Shown here in pieces: positions 38,499 through 48,988 of a DNA stretch of 64,000 bases. The position numbers and the translations under genes are program-made. The stretch covers positions 2,080,001 through 2,144,000 of the forward strand of contig OY970359.1 in the NCBI GenBank assembly GCA_963718665.1, read 5' to 3'. How positions within the stretch are numbered: position 1 is the stretch's first letter; every line of letters begins with the position of its first letter. The notes below the pieces were generated by a model. It saw only the letters and a program-made list of their open reading frames with translations. It was not told where the DNA came from and ran no database searches. Origin of the DNA: an uncultured Phycisphaerales bacterium (GTDB taxonomy: Bacteria > Planctomycetota > Phycisphaerae > Sedimentisphaerales > Anaerobacaceae).

Positions 38499-38546
38499 AT
38501 GAGTGTTCAGTTACCACCAAAACCAGTTGCACCTAAAACTAAATAA
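38499..38546 (+). CDS. Putative 15-aa peptide MSVQLPPKPVAPKTK
   Basis: ATG abuts the upstream TAA; GAGGAG SD ends 8 nt upstream. Confidence 0.5.
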   Translation: MSVQLPPKPVAPKTK

Positions 38547-38843
38547 GACTGATCAGCAACAATTAGAAATACCGATTGACGACAGTTAAAAGTGCCGTTT
38601 GAAACAGAATGGTATTAGGCTGTCTGGATTTTGGTTTTAGGAGAATTCAGATGGTCAGGGATGTTTGACGTCAGCTATCTGGACGCGCCAATTCTTGAAG
38701 TGGACTACTCGAAATTTCTGCAATCGGGTGCAATGGGATGCAATCCCACGCAATATTTGCAAAATAAACTTGCGATTTTACTATCTTTATAGTTCATTGT
38801 GGCCACAATGGTTACGGTAAAAACGCGAATTTTTGACCAATGC

Positions 38844-38890
38844 GCATGGCATGCAAGAGGTCGCGGATTTGAATCCCACTGGCTCCATTG
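38844..38890 (+). repeat. att-like direct repeat: tRNA-Ala 3' half, copy 3
   Basis: GCATGGCATGCAAGAGGTCGCGGATTTGAATCCCACTGGCTCCATTG. Confidence 0.9.
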
Positions 38891-39050
38891 GCATATCCGG
38901 GGTAACTTTGCTTTTTTATGCCCTCTGTTTTCGCTGTTAACTATTTTGCTGCCAATCGGCTGGTCTGAATTATTGCCGGCCACATTTCTCCGTTGCCAAT
39001 GAGTATTCTCTGTGTTATCTTAACCGCTGTAAAACTGATGGAGAACGCTG

Positions 39051-39962
39051 GTGGAACTGACATGGTCAATTAGATTGAGAATCGCGGCGGCAGCGGCAGT
39101 GGGTATCGCCGTAATAGGCGTATATGCTTGGCCTATTGTTGCGCCCGCGGATCCGTTCGGTGTTGTCTCTGTTACCAACAGCACAATAGGTTCTTATGGC
39201 GTACTTGTATTGTTGGGACTGGCATTTGGCGTCGGTCTGATAGCGTATTTCTTATCGTGGCCATACGGCAGTCGAATCGGGATATTGGCAGTGCCGGCGG
39301 GGCTGGCTGTCTGGGCGGTGCGCAGCGGCGATATAGGGACATTGATGCAGCTCAATACCTCTATCGTTCACAGGCAGCAGATTTACTCGACGTTTTGCTG
39401 GGAGCCGTTGCTTTGGCTGTCAATAGTAGTTGCGGGTTACCTCGGTGTGTTTCTCGCCTCGCAAATTGTGCACCCGGCTGCAACCGGCGAAGCAGGCAAA
39501 CCACAAAAACGCAGTTTCGGCGTTCTTCTCAATATCGTAATAGCGGTTGTTGGTTCCGCGGTAGTTGCTCAGTTTTTTATCGGAATTTTAGCGCGTGATT
39601 TCACGATATGGGATTCGGCATCCGGCGCCGCAGTAGCTCAGCCCGCAATAGGCCAGATTGTATTTGCCGTGCTTGTTTCGTTTGGTATTGTCGGCTTTTT
39701 GACTCAAATGGTACTCGGTGTAGATTACATCTGGCCCGTTATAGGAACATGTCTGGTAAATTTCGTGGCAGTAAGCGCTTACGGCAAGTACAAAGTTCTT
39801 GAGTACTTCATCGAGCGCTGGCCTGCGATGTTTTTCTCCAATTCGGTTCTGGCGGTGTTGCCTGTTCAGATTGTGGCTTTCGGCTCACTCGGTGCAATCG
39901 CCGGATACTGGATGGCCGTCCGATATGATTACTGGCACCAGCACGAGGTCAAAGGCGAATAA
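39051..39962 (+). CDS. Multi-pass membrane protein, unknown function
   Basis: About 8 hydrophobic segments; GGAG SD before GTG. Confidence 0.8.
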   Translation: MELTWSIRLRIAAAAAVGIAVIGVYAWPIVAPADPFGVVSVTNSTIGSYGVLVLLGLAFGVGLIAYFLSWPYGSRIGILAVPAGLAVWAVRSGDIGTLMQLNTSIVHRQQIYSTFCWEPLLWLSIVVAGYLGVFLASQIVHPAATGEAGKPQKRSFGVLLNIVIAVVGSAVVAQFFIGILARDFTIWDSASGAAVAQPAIGQIVFAVLVSFGIVGFLTQMVLGVDYIWPVIGTCLVNFVAVSAYGKYKVLEYFIERWPAMFFSNSVLAVLPVQIVAFGSLGAIAGYWMAVRYDYWHQHEVKGE

Positions 39963-40255
39963 AATACCCCATTTTACCCCGTTCTGAGGGGGAGTTTCAT
40001 CTTTTTTTGGCACCAATTATTGGCCTTAACTTGTTGCTGCATAAACACTTAAGCTCTATTCGTCCCATAACCAGCCATTGCACTGACAACAAAGTTGGAA
40101 TTCGTTGTTTTCAGTCCTTAAATTAGCCGAAGAATTATTTGGATTTGCAGATTAACTGTGCACCCTGGGGCGGCGATTAAAATCGTTGCTAGTGAACAGT
40201 CGATTTGCTCGTCGCGTAGAAATAATGACGGCCCAATCTGCAAAAGGAGTTAACG

Positions 40256-40447
40256 ATGCTGGTGCTGAGCAGACAAAAAGATGAGTCGATAATAATAGGC
40301 GACGACGTGGAAGTTACGATAGTGGACGTCCGCGGTGATAAGGTTCGCCTTGGGATAACCGCGCCGAAGCATATATCGGTGCATCGCAAAGAGGTATATG
40401 AGGCGATTCAGCGGGAGAAGAAAGAGGCACAGAAACAGCAGCAGTAG
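40256..40447 (+). CDS. csrA: Carbon storage regulator
   Basis: [17 protein letters not shown]...[19 protein letters not shown]. Confidence 0.97.
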   Translation: MLVLSRQKDESIIIGDDVEVTIVDVRGDKVRLGITAPKHISVHRKEVYEAIQREKKEAQKQQQ

Positions 40448-40470
40448 GTGAGTTTTCTCGGGTGTGATTG

Positions 40471-40510
40471 ACCGGCCTGTCGAGAGCAAATACGACAGGC
40501 CGGTTTTTTT
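40471..40510 (+). terminator. Rho-independent terminator after csrA
   Basis: ACCGGCCTGTCG ... CGACAGGCCGGT followed by a T run. Confidence 0.85.
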
Positions 40511-40682
40511 ATGCGCCAGCCTGTCCGCCGAAGGCGAGTTTTGCCTTGAGGGAATTCACTATGGCTGGTAGAGTAATGATGACCCTCCTTCGCACAAAGC
40601 TACGGAGGGTAGGCGAAGAACATAGGACATCGAACGTCCAGCTTCGAACATTGAACGCATAATGAAGAAGGGATTTTGACAA

Positions 40683-41960
40683 ATGAGGGTATTATTGATA
40701 GGCGGCGGGGGCAGAGAAGACGCGATAGCGTGGAAATTGGCGAAGTCGAAAGAGCTTAAAAAGCTGTATATCGCGCCGGGGAATCCGGGCACGGCCAGAT
40801 GGGGAGAAAACGTCGCTATAAAGACAGAGGATATTGGCGAAATAGTCAAATTCGCCAAAGAAAACAAGGTTGAGCTTGTGATAGTGGGGCCTGAGGACCC
40901 GTTAGCGGAAGGTGCGGTTGATGCATTGGAGGCGGCGGGTATAAAGGCGTTTGGGCCGAGTAAGGCGGCGGCACAGTTGGAGGCGGACAAGTCGTTTTCA
41001 AAACAGATAATGCGGTCGAGCGCGGTATCAACTGCTGAAGGCAGGACATTCACCAGGTTCGAGGACGCCAAGGCATATATCGCCAGCAGAGATGAGCCGG
41101 TGGTGGTAAAAGCGGCGGGATTAGCGAAGGGCAAGGGGGTTATAGTTTGCGACGAGCCATCCGACGGGATATTGGCGGCTGAGAAGATAATGGTGGACAG
41201 GATATTCGGCTCGGCGGGCGATAAGGTTGTTGTGGAGGACAAGCTGATAGGCGAAGAGGCGTCGATACTGGCGTTTGTCGATGGCAGGAGCATATATGTA
41301 ATGGAGTCGGCACAGGACCATAAGCCGGTGGGCGACGGGGACACGGGGCCGAACACCGGTGGTATGGGGGCATACAGTCCTGCGCCTGTGGTTACGGACG
41401 CGATGATGAGCCAGATAGAACGGGAGATTTTGGTGCCCGTTGTGGATTGTATGAATCGCAACGACACGCCATATAAGGGTGTGCTGTATGCGGGGCTTAT
41501 GGTAACGGCGGGGGGGCCGAGGGTTTTGGAATTCAATGTTCGATTTGGCGACCCGGAGACACAGCCGATTATGATGCGGCTGAAGAGTGATTTGCTTGAG
41601 GTTTGCCTTGCGGTTTGCGAGCAGAAATTGGACCAGGTGACGCTCGAATGGGACGAGCGGCCTGCGGTATGCGTGGTGATGGCGTCGGGCGGATACCCCG
41701 GCGATTACGAGAAAGGGAAAGTTATAACTGGTATAAACGAGGCCGAACAGTTGAAAAATGTTGTTGTGTTTCACGCAGGGACAGCGATGAAAAACGGCAA
41801 ATTGGTAACGGCGGGGGGCAGAGTGCTCGGTGTAACGGCAATCGGGGCAACGATTGCCGACGCGCAAAAACAGGCGTATGAGGCGGCGGGGAAGATAAAC
41901 TTTGAGGGATCGCATTATCGGCGGGACATCGCGGATAAAGCGATAAGGGGCAAAAAGTAA
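40683..41960 (+). CDS. purD: Phosphoribosylamine-glycine ligase
   Basis: GGGGRE, GLAKGKGV, QDHK, GPNTGGMGAY and EFNVRFGDPE motifs. Confidence 0.97.
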   Translation: MRVLLIGGGGREDAIAWKLAKSKELKKLYIAPGNPGTARWGENVAIKTEDIGEIVKFAKENKVELVIVGPEDPLAEGAVDALEAAGIKAFGPSKAAAQLEADKSFSKQIMRSSAVSTAEGRTFTRFEDAKAYIASRDEPVVVKAAGLAKGKGVIVCDEPSDGILAAEKIMVDRIFGSAGDKVVVEDKLIGEEASILAFVDGRSIYVMESAQDHKPVGDGDTGPNTGGMGAYSPAPVVTDAMMSQIEREILVPVVDCMNRNDTPYKGVLYAGLMVTAGGPRVLEFNVRFGDPETQPIMMRLKSDLLEVCLAVCEQKLDQVTLEWDERPAVCVVMASGGYPGDYEKGKVITGINEAEQLKNVVVFHAGTAMKNGKLVTAGGRVLGVTAIGATIADAQKQAYEAAGKINFEGSHYRRDIADKAIRGKK

Positions 41961-41979
41961 TTTTTGGCGACGAGGACGT

Positions 41980-44900
41980 ATGCCGTCGGTTTTGAATAAG
42001 CGAGACAAAAAAGGCAGCAACCCCTTCGGCGGCGCTGGGGGCAGGAGAGCCATAAGGTGGTTTCTCGAATTTGTGGCGTTCGGGATTTTGATATGGTTTG
42101 CTTTTGCAATCGGCGGCAGGTTGCTGCCCCAGATTGCGCTTAATCAGCTTTCGGATTTGACCAATACCAAAATAGACGTTAAATCGATTGAGTTTCGATT
42201 TGACGGGTCGGTTTTCATCAAGGACCTTGCGATTAAGCCGAAGAATCCGACTAATTATGACAATTCCATTTTAAAGGCGGATACGGTCCGCGTGCATTTC
42301 CGGCTGAGGAGTTTGCTGGCGCTAAGCCCGAAAGTCAAGGAGGTGTTCGTTGATGATTTTACGCTGAGAATACAGTATGATTCCAACAGTGGCGAGTGGA
42401 ACCTGTCGGGAATGAAAGCACAGTTCGCCGGGGGGAAAATCGGTCGGCTGCCGCTTGTATGGTTAGAACACGGCACAGTTGAATACAGCAAAGTTATAGA
42501 CGGGCACGTGAAAGTTATTGCAAGTTCGCCTGTGTCGGCTGGTTTCAGGCCCGCAAAGAAACTCATCGGCGGATACAGTTTTGATATTTCGAGCGCGAGC
42601 AAACAGGATTTGAGCAAGAGCGCCGTTTTTGGGAACTGGAAGCCGGGGAAAATTGAATTGGGGGGAAGAATTTCCTCGACGGATGTTCCCGGTTTTGAGC
42701 GGGCGTGGACGATTCGGGCGATTGACGCGGAAATGAGTTATGAGCCGAACGGATTATATACGCTTATGGCGAAAGTTAAGGGTTTTACTTCCCCGGCGAG
42801 TGAAACGCGGGATTTGTTCGCGTTCGACACTAAATCGGTGGCGGACAAGGCGCCTTTTATTAACGCGCTGCAGATGTTTTTCAGTCAATATAACCCGTCC
42901 GGGACGATTGATATTGATTTGCAGGCATCGGGGAATCTGAAGCGATTGAACGAAAGCAAAATAGAGGGCAAGGTTATCTGCAATGATGTTGTATTGTGCG
43001 ACCGCAATTTTCCTTATACGGTTGAGCATCTGACGGGGCAGGTTGAGCTGACCGAGAAGAGCGCGAAATTGAATAATATAGTTGCTCGTCACGGGACGGT
43101 GGAGCTTGCTCTTGACGGCTGGGTGAAGGATTTCGGGCCGGATTATGAATGCAATTTACAAATTACCAGCAACAATATGCTGCTGGATAATGACCTTTAT
43201 AACGCGATTAACCGTGAGGAGCAGAAGTTCTGGCAGGAGTTTTCGCCGAGCGGATTGGCGGCGACAAATTATTCTCGCAGCAAGCTGCCGGGTGGCGATA
43301 AAAGTGTGCTGACTGTTCAGCTACTCGACGTCCAGGGGAAATACGCCGGATTGGGCTACCCTCTTAAAAATATGACGGGCAGGATGATTTTTACCGACGG
43401 CAATATGATTCTTGACGGCGTAACGTCGCAGTGGGGCCAGCGTAAGATAACGATTAACGGCAAGGTTGGTTTGGGGCACGGCGAACATCCATTATACGAT
43501 ATTGTGGCCAAAGGTGAGAACATACCATTGGATGCGACGTTAGAGGAGGCGCTGCCGCCCGCACAGAAGGAGTTTTACAATCAGTTTGAGTCACATGGGC
43601 TGTTTGATGCGACAATAAGTGTTGCCAGCACCGATAAAGGTGAAATGTTTGCGGCGGAGGTATTCCCGAAGAACAGCTCGCTGAAAGCGAAGGCATTGCC
43701 CATACCTGTTGATGATGTTACGGGCAGGGTTGTTTTCACACCGGATACGGTTGATATCAAGGGTATCGAGGGACATTATAAAGGCGGGACGGTGAAATTT
43801 TCTGGAAAGGCATGGTTGGCTGCAGACAAGAAGGTGCCGGGTTATTGCCTGTCGATGCGGGCTGTAAAGGTCGGGTTAAGCGACGATTTGGCGGATGCGC
43901 TGCCGGGGTCGCTTGGTAAAGTGATAGGACAGTTGCAGCTTGGCGGCGAAGTGAATCTTATGGCCGATATGAGCAAAAATGCCGATGCCAACTGCGGCGA
44001 TAATCAGTTCATCATAGAATGTTTAGGCAATACGATAGATTGCAACCTGCTGCCCGAGCCACTGCACGATATTACGGGCAGGATAGCGATAACACAGTCG
44101 GAAATAGCAATTGATAACATCACAGCCAGGGCAACGCATACTGTTCGCGGCTTGCCGATTGAATCGGTGATGAGATTGGCGGGCAGTGTGTCCCTAAGCG
44201 AGGCGAACGGCCCCGCAGATGAGATTCACGTTACGGGCGGGGAGGTAAATTTCTCCGGCGAGAACATCAGGTTCAAAAAGAAGTCAATGGCGAAAATAGA
44301 TACCGTCCTGAGCTATGATGCTGAAATGAGGCAGTGGCGGTCGCGATATTTTGTTGCTGATTATTACGACGGCAAAATGACAGGCAAACTCCAGTTGACT
44401 AAATCAGACAAGGGCGGGTTTGATTATCTTCTCGAAACAGGCGTTGATGGGGCGGACCTGAAAAAGTTCCTTTCGGACACCGATAAGGAGGTTCGACCCG
44501 ATGAGCATTATTCTACCGGCTCAATAAGCGGGTCGCTTAGCATTATCGGCTCATTGGTTGACGACAATATCCGGCTTGGACGATGCCGGGCGAAAATAAC
44601 CGATATGCAGGTAGGCAAGATGTCGCCGATTGCGAAACTTCTCGCGGTGCTGAATCTGACCGAGCCGAGCGATTATGCCTTCGACCAGATGACGGTTGAC
44701 GCGTATATCCAGGATAACAAGATGTTCCTGCGGCAACTGGATTTATCGGGCAAGTCGGTGGCGTTTTACGGGTCGGGCTGGTTTGACCTGAAGACCGATG
44801 ATATAAAAATGACGCTTACGGCTCGCAGCCGCCGGCTTGCGTCAGCGAATCCATCTGTATGGCAATCGCTGACGGAGGGATTAAGCAGGGCGGTCGTGCG

Positions 44901-45003
44901 GGTCGATGTAAAAGGCAAAATCAGCGACCCGCAGATTACTACTATGCCATTGCCGGTGATTAAAGAAACGCTGGAAATTCTCGGCACGCCCAAAAACGAG
45001 TAG
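41980..45003 (+). CDS. Large AsmA-like envelope protein
   Basis: N-terminal TM, long repeated beta-strand pattern, AsmA-like C-terminus. Confidence 0.65.
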   Translation: MPSVLNKRDKKGSNPFGGAGGRRAIRWFLEFVAFGILIWFAFAIGGRLLPQIALNQLSDLTNTKIDVKSIEFRFDGSVFIKDLAIKPKNPTNYDNSILKADTVRVHFRLRSLLALSPKVKEVFVDDFTLRIQYDSNSGEWNLSGMKAQFAGGKIGRLPLVWLEHGTVEYSKVIDGHVKVIASSPVSAGFRPAKKLIGGYSFDISSASKQDLSKSAVFGNWKPGKIELGGRISSTDVPGFERAWTIRAIDAEMSYEPNGLYTLMAKVKGFTSPASETRDLFAFDTKSVADKAPFINALQMFFSQYNPSGTIDIDLQASGNLKRLNESKIEGKVICNDVVLCDRNFPYTVEHLTGQVELTEKSAKLNNIVARHGTVELALDGWVKDFGPDYECNLQITSNNMLLDNDLYNAINREEQKFWQEFSPSGLAATNYSRSKLPGGDKSVLTVQLLDVQGKYAGLGYPLKNMTGRMIFTDGNMILDGVTSQWGQRKITINGKVGLGHGEHPLYDIVAKGENIPLDATLEEALPPAQKEFYNQFESHGLFDATISVASTDKGEMFAAEVFPKNSSLKAKALPIPVDDVTGRVVFTPDTVDIKGIEGHYKGGTVKFSGKAWLAADKKVPGYCLSMRAVKVGLSDDLADALPGSLGKVIGQLQLGGEVNLMADMSKNADANCGDNQFIIECLGNTIDCNLLPEPLHDITGRIAITQSEIAIDNITARATHTVRGLPIESVMRLAGSVSLSEANGPADEIHVTGGEVNFSGENIRFKKKSMAKIDTVLSYDAEMRQWRSRYFVADYYDGKMTGKLQLTKSDKGGFDYLLETGVDGADLKKFLSDTDKEVRPDEHYSTGSISGSLSIIGSLVDDNIRLGRCRAKITDMQVGKMSPIAKLLAVLNLTEPSDYAFDQMTVDAYIQDNKMFLRQLDLSGKSVAFYGSGWFDLKTDDIKMTLTARSRRLASANPSVWQSLTEGLSRAVVRVDVKGKISDPQITTMPLPVIKETLEILGTPKNE

Positions 45004-45134
45004 CGTGGCTGATTAAATCAATTAGATTCTGCTGATTACTGCCGAAGCGGTGTATTTGGAGGGGACCTAACTTCTTATTTTGCAGCAAGATATGGCTTGG
45101 GGATAAAATTCTGCAAAAAATTTCAAAAAAAGTG

Positions 45135-45185
45135 TTGACAGGGACGATGTTAGTGATATACTTGTAATAGTTGAGATAGGACAAG
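45135..45185 (+). promoter_or_regulatory. Sigma-70 promoter with overlapping YtrA/GntR-type operator
   Basis: TTGACA (45135) and TATACT (45157); palindrome CTTGTAATAG...ATAGGACAAG at 45161-45185. Confidence 0.65.
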
Positions 45186-45200
45186 TAAAGAGATTGAGAT

Positions 45201-45584
45201 ATGCAGATTAAAATAGACAATGCTTCGGACAGGCCCGTATATCAGCAGATAATAGACCAGGTGAAACGCGATATTGCGCTTGGCCGGCTCGGTAAAGATG
45301 AAAAATTGCCGACGGTGAGACAATTAGCCGGGCAGCTTGCGATTAACCCGAACACAATCGCCAAGGCATACCAGCAGATGGAGCGGGAGGGGATTATCAC
45401 AACAAGGCCCGGGTCTGGTGCGTTTGTGGCGAACTTAAACAGCGATTTGAGCAGCTCGGTAAAGAAGAAGCTTATCAGTGAGGATTTGGAGAGGGCAGTG
45501 GTGGACGCGTTTCACATGCAGATTGACGGCCAGACACTGCTTAAATGGTTCAATGAGGCCATTGAGAAGTTCAACCTCAAGTAA
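45201..45584 (+). CDS. GntR family regulator, YtrA subfamily
   Basis: PVYQQI, LPTVRQLA and NPNTIAKAY motifs; short C-terminus; precedes an ABC ATPase. Confidence 0.92.
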   Translation: MQIKIDNASDRPVYQQIIDQVKRDIALGRLGKDEKLPTVRQLAGQLAINPNTIAKAYQQMEREGIITTRPGSGAFVANLNSDLSSSVKKKLISEDLERAVVDAFHMQIDGQTLLKWFNEAIEKFNLK

Positions 45585-45599
45585 TTGAGAGGACACGCT

Positions 45600-46532
45600 A
45601 TGGGCGAATATGCAATACAAACCGAAAATATCGTGAAGTACTTCGATGGGCGACGTGTTCTGGACGGCATAGACCTGAAGGTGCCGCAGGGCGGTATATA
45701 TGGTTTATTGGGACGCAACGGTGCGGGCAAGACGACGATAATCAGAATTTTACTTGGTCTCGAACCGGCAACGAGAGGCAGAGCGATTGTGTTAGGTGCA
45801 TCATCGTGGCAGTTGCCTGTGTCGGTGCTGGGACAGATAGGTTATGTAGCGGAAGGGCATAACCTTATTCCGAATTACAGCGTCCGTCGCATTGCGGAGC
45901 TATATCGTAATTTATCGGCAAAGTGGAATGAGCAATTTTTCCGTCGGCTTATAGAAACATTCCGGCTGCCGATGGAGCGAAAGGTCAGTCAGCTTTCGCG
46001 TGGTATGAGGGCGCAGTTGAATCTGTCGCTTGCGATGGCGACTGAGCCGAAGCTTTTGATTCTGGATGACCCGACGCTGGGGCTGGATACGGTTGCGAGG
46101 AGGCAATTTCTTGAGTTGGCGGTGGAGCTTATCAGCCGAGACGGCAGAACAATTCTCTTCAGCTCTCATATTTTGAGCGACGTGGAACGACTTGCTGACA
46201 GGATTGGAATACTCAGGGCGGGGAAATTAGTTGTGGATTGTGAACTGGAGGAGCTGAAAAAGCGGGCGAAGAAACTGCGGCTGATTTTTGATAAGGAGCT
46301 GCCGAGGGAGCTCCCTATTACCGGGATAATAGCGGAAAAAAGGCAGGGGAGGGAATTAGTCCTTACTGTCGCAAACTGGAATGAAAACAAGCAAACGTTT
46401 CTTAACACATTCAAGCCGACAAGCTGCACAGAGATACCGATGACCCTGGAAGAGATATTCATCGAATGCACGGCGTCGGGGACGGATGCGGCAGTCGATT
46501 ATGAACAAGGAGAGCCGATATGTTCACGTTAA
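45600..46532 (+). CDS. ABC transporter ATP-binding protein
   Basis: GRNGAGKT, LSRGM, LILDDP and SSH motifs. Confidence 0.93.
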   Translation: MGEYAIQTENIVKYFDGRRVLDGIDLKVPQGGIYGLLGRNGAGKTTIIRILLGLEPATRGRAIVLGASSWQLPVSVLGQIGYVAEGHNLIPNYSVRRIAELYRNLSAKWNEQFFRRLIETFRLPMERKVSQLSRGMRAQLNLSLAMATEPKLLILDDPTLGLDTVARRQFLELAVELISRDGRTILFSSHILSDVERLADRIGILRAGKLVVDCELEELKKRAKKLRLIFDKELPRELPITGIIAEKRQGRELVLTVANWNENKQTFLNTFKPTSCTEIPMTLEEIFIECTASGTDAAVDYEQGEPICSR

Positions 46533-47149
46533 TAGCGCGAGAGATAGAAGACAACCGCGTGTTCTTTATCGCGGCAGCAATTTTAGTGGCTATCTTCGGC
46601 GTATTGTTTGCAGGGCAGTTATATTACGGCGAGGTGAATGATAGGCCCTTCATAGTAATTCCTGTGTTGAATGCGATGTCAGGGATGTTGATTTTCTGTG
46701 CGATGGGTGCGGCGCAAATGTACCGGGACAAGACAAAAAGGATATCAGCGCTGCTGGCGACGCTGGCAGTAACTCGAAGGCATATTTTTATTGCGCGTGT
46801 CATTGCGGGTTTTCTGCTGGTTTTAATTGTTTTTATTCCGATAGCGGGGGCAAACATCGCGGCTATTTTGACGAGGTCTATCGAACCATCCCATTTTGTC
46901 CGCTTGCATTATACTGAAATTTCCATCCCGGTGTTCCTGCTTGGGTTTGCCTGCTATTGCATTGGTTTGCAGGCGGGGTGGACATCGAGCAGGGTTGCGC
47001 CGACACTTGGGCCGATTGCGCTGGGTTTGATTTTGGTACCGGTTATTTTGATTAAAGGTTTCGGGTGGGAGATTTACGCGATACTGGTTTTGTTAATTGC
47101 GGCGTGCCTGATACGCGCGTGGTATAAGTTTTCGACGGCTGCCCTTTAG
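46520..47149 (+). CDS. ABC-2 type permease-like membrane protein
   Basis: Six hydrophobic segments; overlaps the ATPase gene. Confidence 0.7.
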   Translation: MFTLIAREIEDNRVFFIAAAILVAIFGVLFAGQLYYGEVNDRPFIVIPVLNAMSGMLIFCAMGAAQMYRDKTKRISALLATLAVTRRHIFIARVIAGFLLVLIVFIPIAGANIAAILTRSIEPSHFVRLHYTEISIPVFLLGFACYCIGLQAGWTSSRVAPTLGPIALGLILVPVILIKGFGWEIYAILVLLIAACLIRAWYKFSTAAL

Positions 47150-47160
47150 GAGATGACAAA

Positions 47161-48852
47161 ATGAATAAGCCGACCAGTAATCTGATAAACATAGTAGCGA
47201 CGGGATTTATCGTTTTGGTATTGCTTTCGCTGCTGTTGTTCTGGGGAAGGTTCTTATGTGTTGTTCGTCTCATTAGTAATAGGCCCTCGGGTTCTTCGCA
47301 AATTATAATCAGACCTTCGGGATTAGTCCCCGGCGAGCCGGCGCCGAAACGAGCAGTAGAGGAGCCGGTTGTCCGATACGAAGCGAGAACACCCAGCCAA
47401 AACGAGCCGAACTTTCGATATTCCAGCATCTATACCAGCATAGACACAGTGCTTGTCTTCAGCAGGGCTATCGGTGCTTTCTGGGATATTGCGGCGGAAA
47501 TAGTGCCGTATTATGATGTTAATGAAAGAGTTTACTACTGGTATGACGAGGGGAACGGAAGATACTTTTGCTTCGATAAGCCCAGCGGTTTAATAATCCG
47601 TAACTATAAATCTTCTGAGCCGAATGATAAGAGTATGTCCAGCAAGACGGAGTTTTTTGCCGGCCCTAACGGAATCTCTGAGAAGGCGGATTCATCTCTT
47701 GGGCGGTTCTACGACCCGATTGTAACAGAAGGGTGGGCAACGATAGGTCTTTACGACAAGAAGACGCGTTGTTTTTATTTAATCGACTTTGCCGGAGGCA
47801 GCGTCAGCAAAGGGCTCCAATTAGCGGAAGGAGACAGGCGTGAGCCGATTGCGATAGTTGGAATCAGAAACGAATTGCCTATTGTGTCAGGTATTGGAGG
47901 GAGTTCGCCACAGATATGGAACGCCGAGAAGGATGTGTGGGAGCAACAAGAAATGTTTTTGCCCGGCGGCGATAAATCGAGCCATGGATACGACTTCGTC
48001 GACTGGGATTGGACCTATACATATATCCCTGTGTTAGACAAGACGGGGCAGATTTATATTTATAATACGAGCGAGCAGTCCTTAACTCAGGCCGGGTATT
48101 TGCCGATGCCGCAATCCTTGCTTATGGGAGAGCAGCGAAACGATATTGCCAGGCCGAAAGATGTTCTGGCCTATTGGATTCAGCCGTTTTATGCGGTTTT
48201 GAGGTCGCCCCGCGAAGGCAAAAAGGTGGGGCGGATTATTGATACGAAATATCTTGGGATGGGCGTTGCTTGTGCTTCGAGAGAAGGTATGACGATGGCA
48301 ATAGATGTTTTTGACCCGAATGAGAAGATGATATATCGTGGCGATACCACTATGTATTCGTCGGGCTCGACACTGGCGACGATAGATTTATTCTTTCTTG
48401 AGAATCTTCAGCCGCCTGTGTTTGAGATTGCTTCATATTTGTGTGGTAATCGTATCGAGGCGTCTGCAGGCCATCGGGCTTTATTTGTTCTGCCTAATTC
48501 ATTTGTGGGTATGCTGGGCAGGTATAACGGGCCGAAATTTGACCGGGAGGTATTTTTGCCGTTGTTAATGGGGCCGTCTTTGATTCTGTCGATATGGCTT
48601 GCGTTTCGCGTAAGAAAAGACGCGAAAATACTCGGCCTTTCCGGCACAGCAAAGAAATGGTGGACAGTGGGGACAATAGCATTTGGTCTGCCCGCGTATA
48701 TCACTTATCGTCTGACCAGGCCAAAAGAAACTTTAGTTACCTGTCAAAACTGTGGCATGATGAGACGCCCCGATACGGAGATATGCCATCGATGTGGTAG
48801 CAAATGGGAAGTGCCTGAGCTTACGCCGCCGAACTGGCGGATTTGCGATTAA
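47161..48852 (+). CDS. Membrane protein with large extracytoplasmic domain and C-terminal zinc ribbon
   Basis: N-terminal TM, two C-terminal TMs, CQNC...CHRC. Confidence 0.75.
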   Translation: MNKPTSNLINIVATGFIVLVLLSLLLFWGRFLCVVRLISNRPSGSSQIIIRPSGLVPGEPAPKRAVEEPVVRYEARTPSQNEPNFRYSSIYTSIDTVLVFSRAIGAFWDIAAEIVPYYDVNERVYYWYDEGNGRYFCFDKPSGLIIRNYKSSEPNDKSMSSKTEFFAGPNGISEKADSSLGRFYDPIVTEGWATIGLYDKKTRCFYLIDFAGGSVSKGLQLAEGDRREPIAIVGIRNELPIVSGIGGSSPQIWNAEKDVWEQQEMFLPGGDKSSHGYDFVDWDWTYTYIPVLDKTGQIYIYNTSEQSLTQAGYLPMPQSLLMGEQRNDIARPKDVLAYWIQPFYAVLRSPREGKKVGRIIDTKYLGMGVACASREGMTMAIDVFDPNEKMIYRGDTTMYSSGSTLATIDLFFLENLQPPVFEIASYLCGNRIEASAGHRALFVLPNSFVGMLGRYNGPKFDREVFLPLLMGPSLILSIWLAFRVRKDAKILGLSGTAKKWWTVGTIAFGLPAYITYRLTRPKETLVTCQNCGMMRRPDTEICHRCGSKWEVPELTPPNWRICD

Positions 48853-48988
48853 CCAAAACAACCTCCCGGCGTGAAGTGGAACCACACCCCCACTTCAAAC
48901 TGCACAAGGTTATCTGCCAAAAAGGCAGTCGGGAGGTTGTTTTTTTATAACCATCTGTTTATACGGAAGTTAGGAGAGGGTATAATCC

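Larger units (their letters stand above)
35958..38890. mobile_element. Genomic island 2: decayed integrative element
   Basis: Bounded by tRNA-Ala 3' half repeats; holds an integrase fragment, an umuC remnant and AT-rich cargo. Confidence 0.75.

Noticed and set aside
35958..38890. Copies 2 and 3 of the tRNA-Ala sequence as additional tRNA genes
   Set aside because: Both lack the 5' acceptor strand and D arm, so they are att-type fragments.
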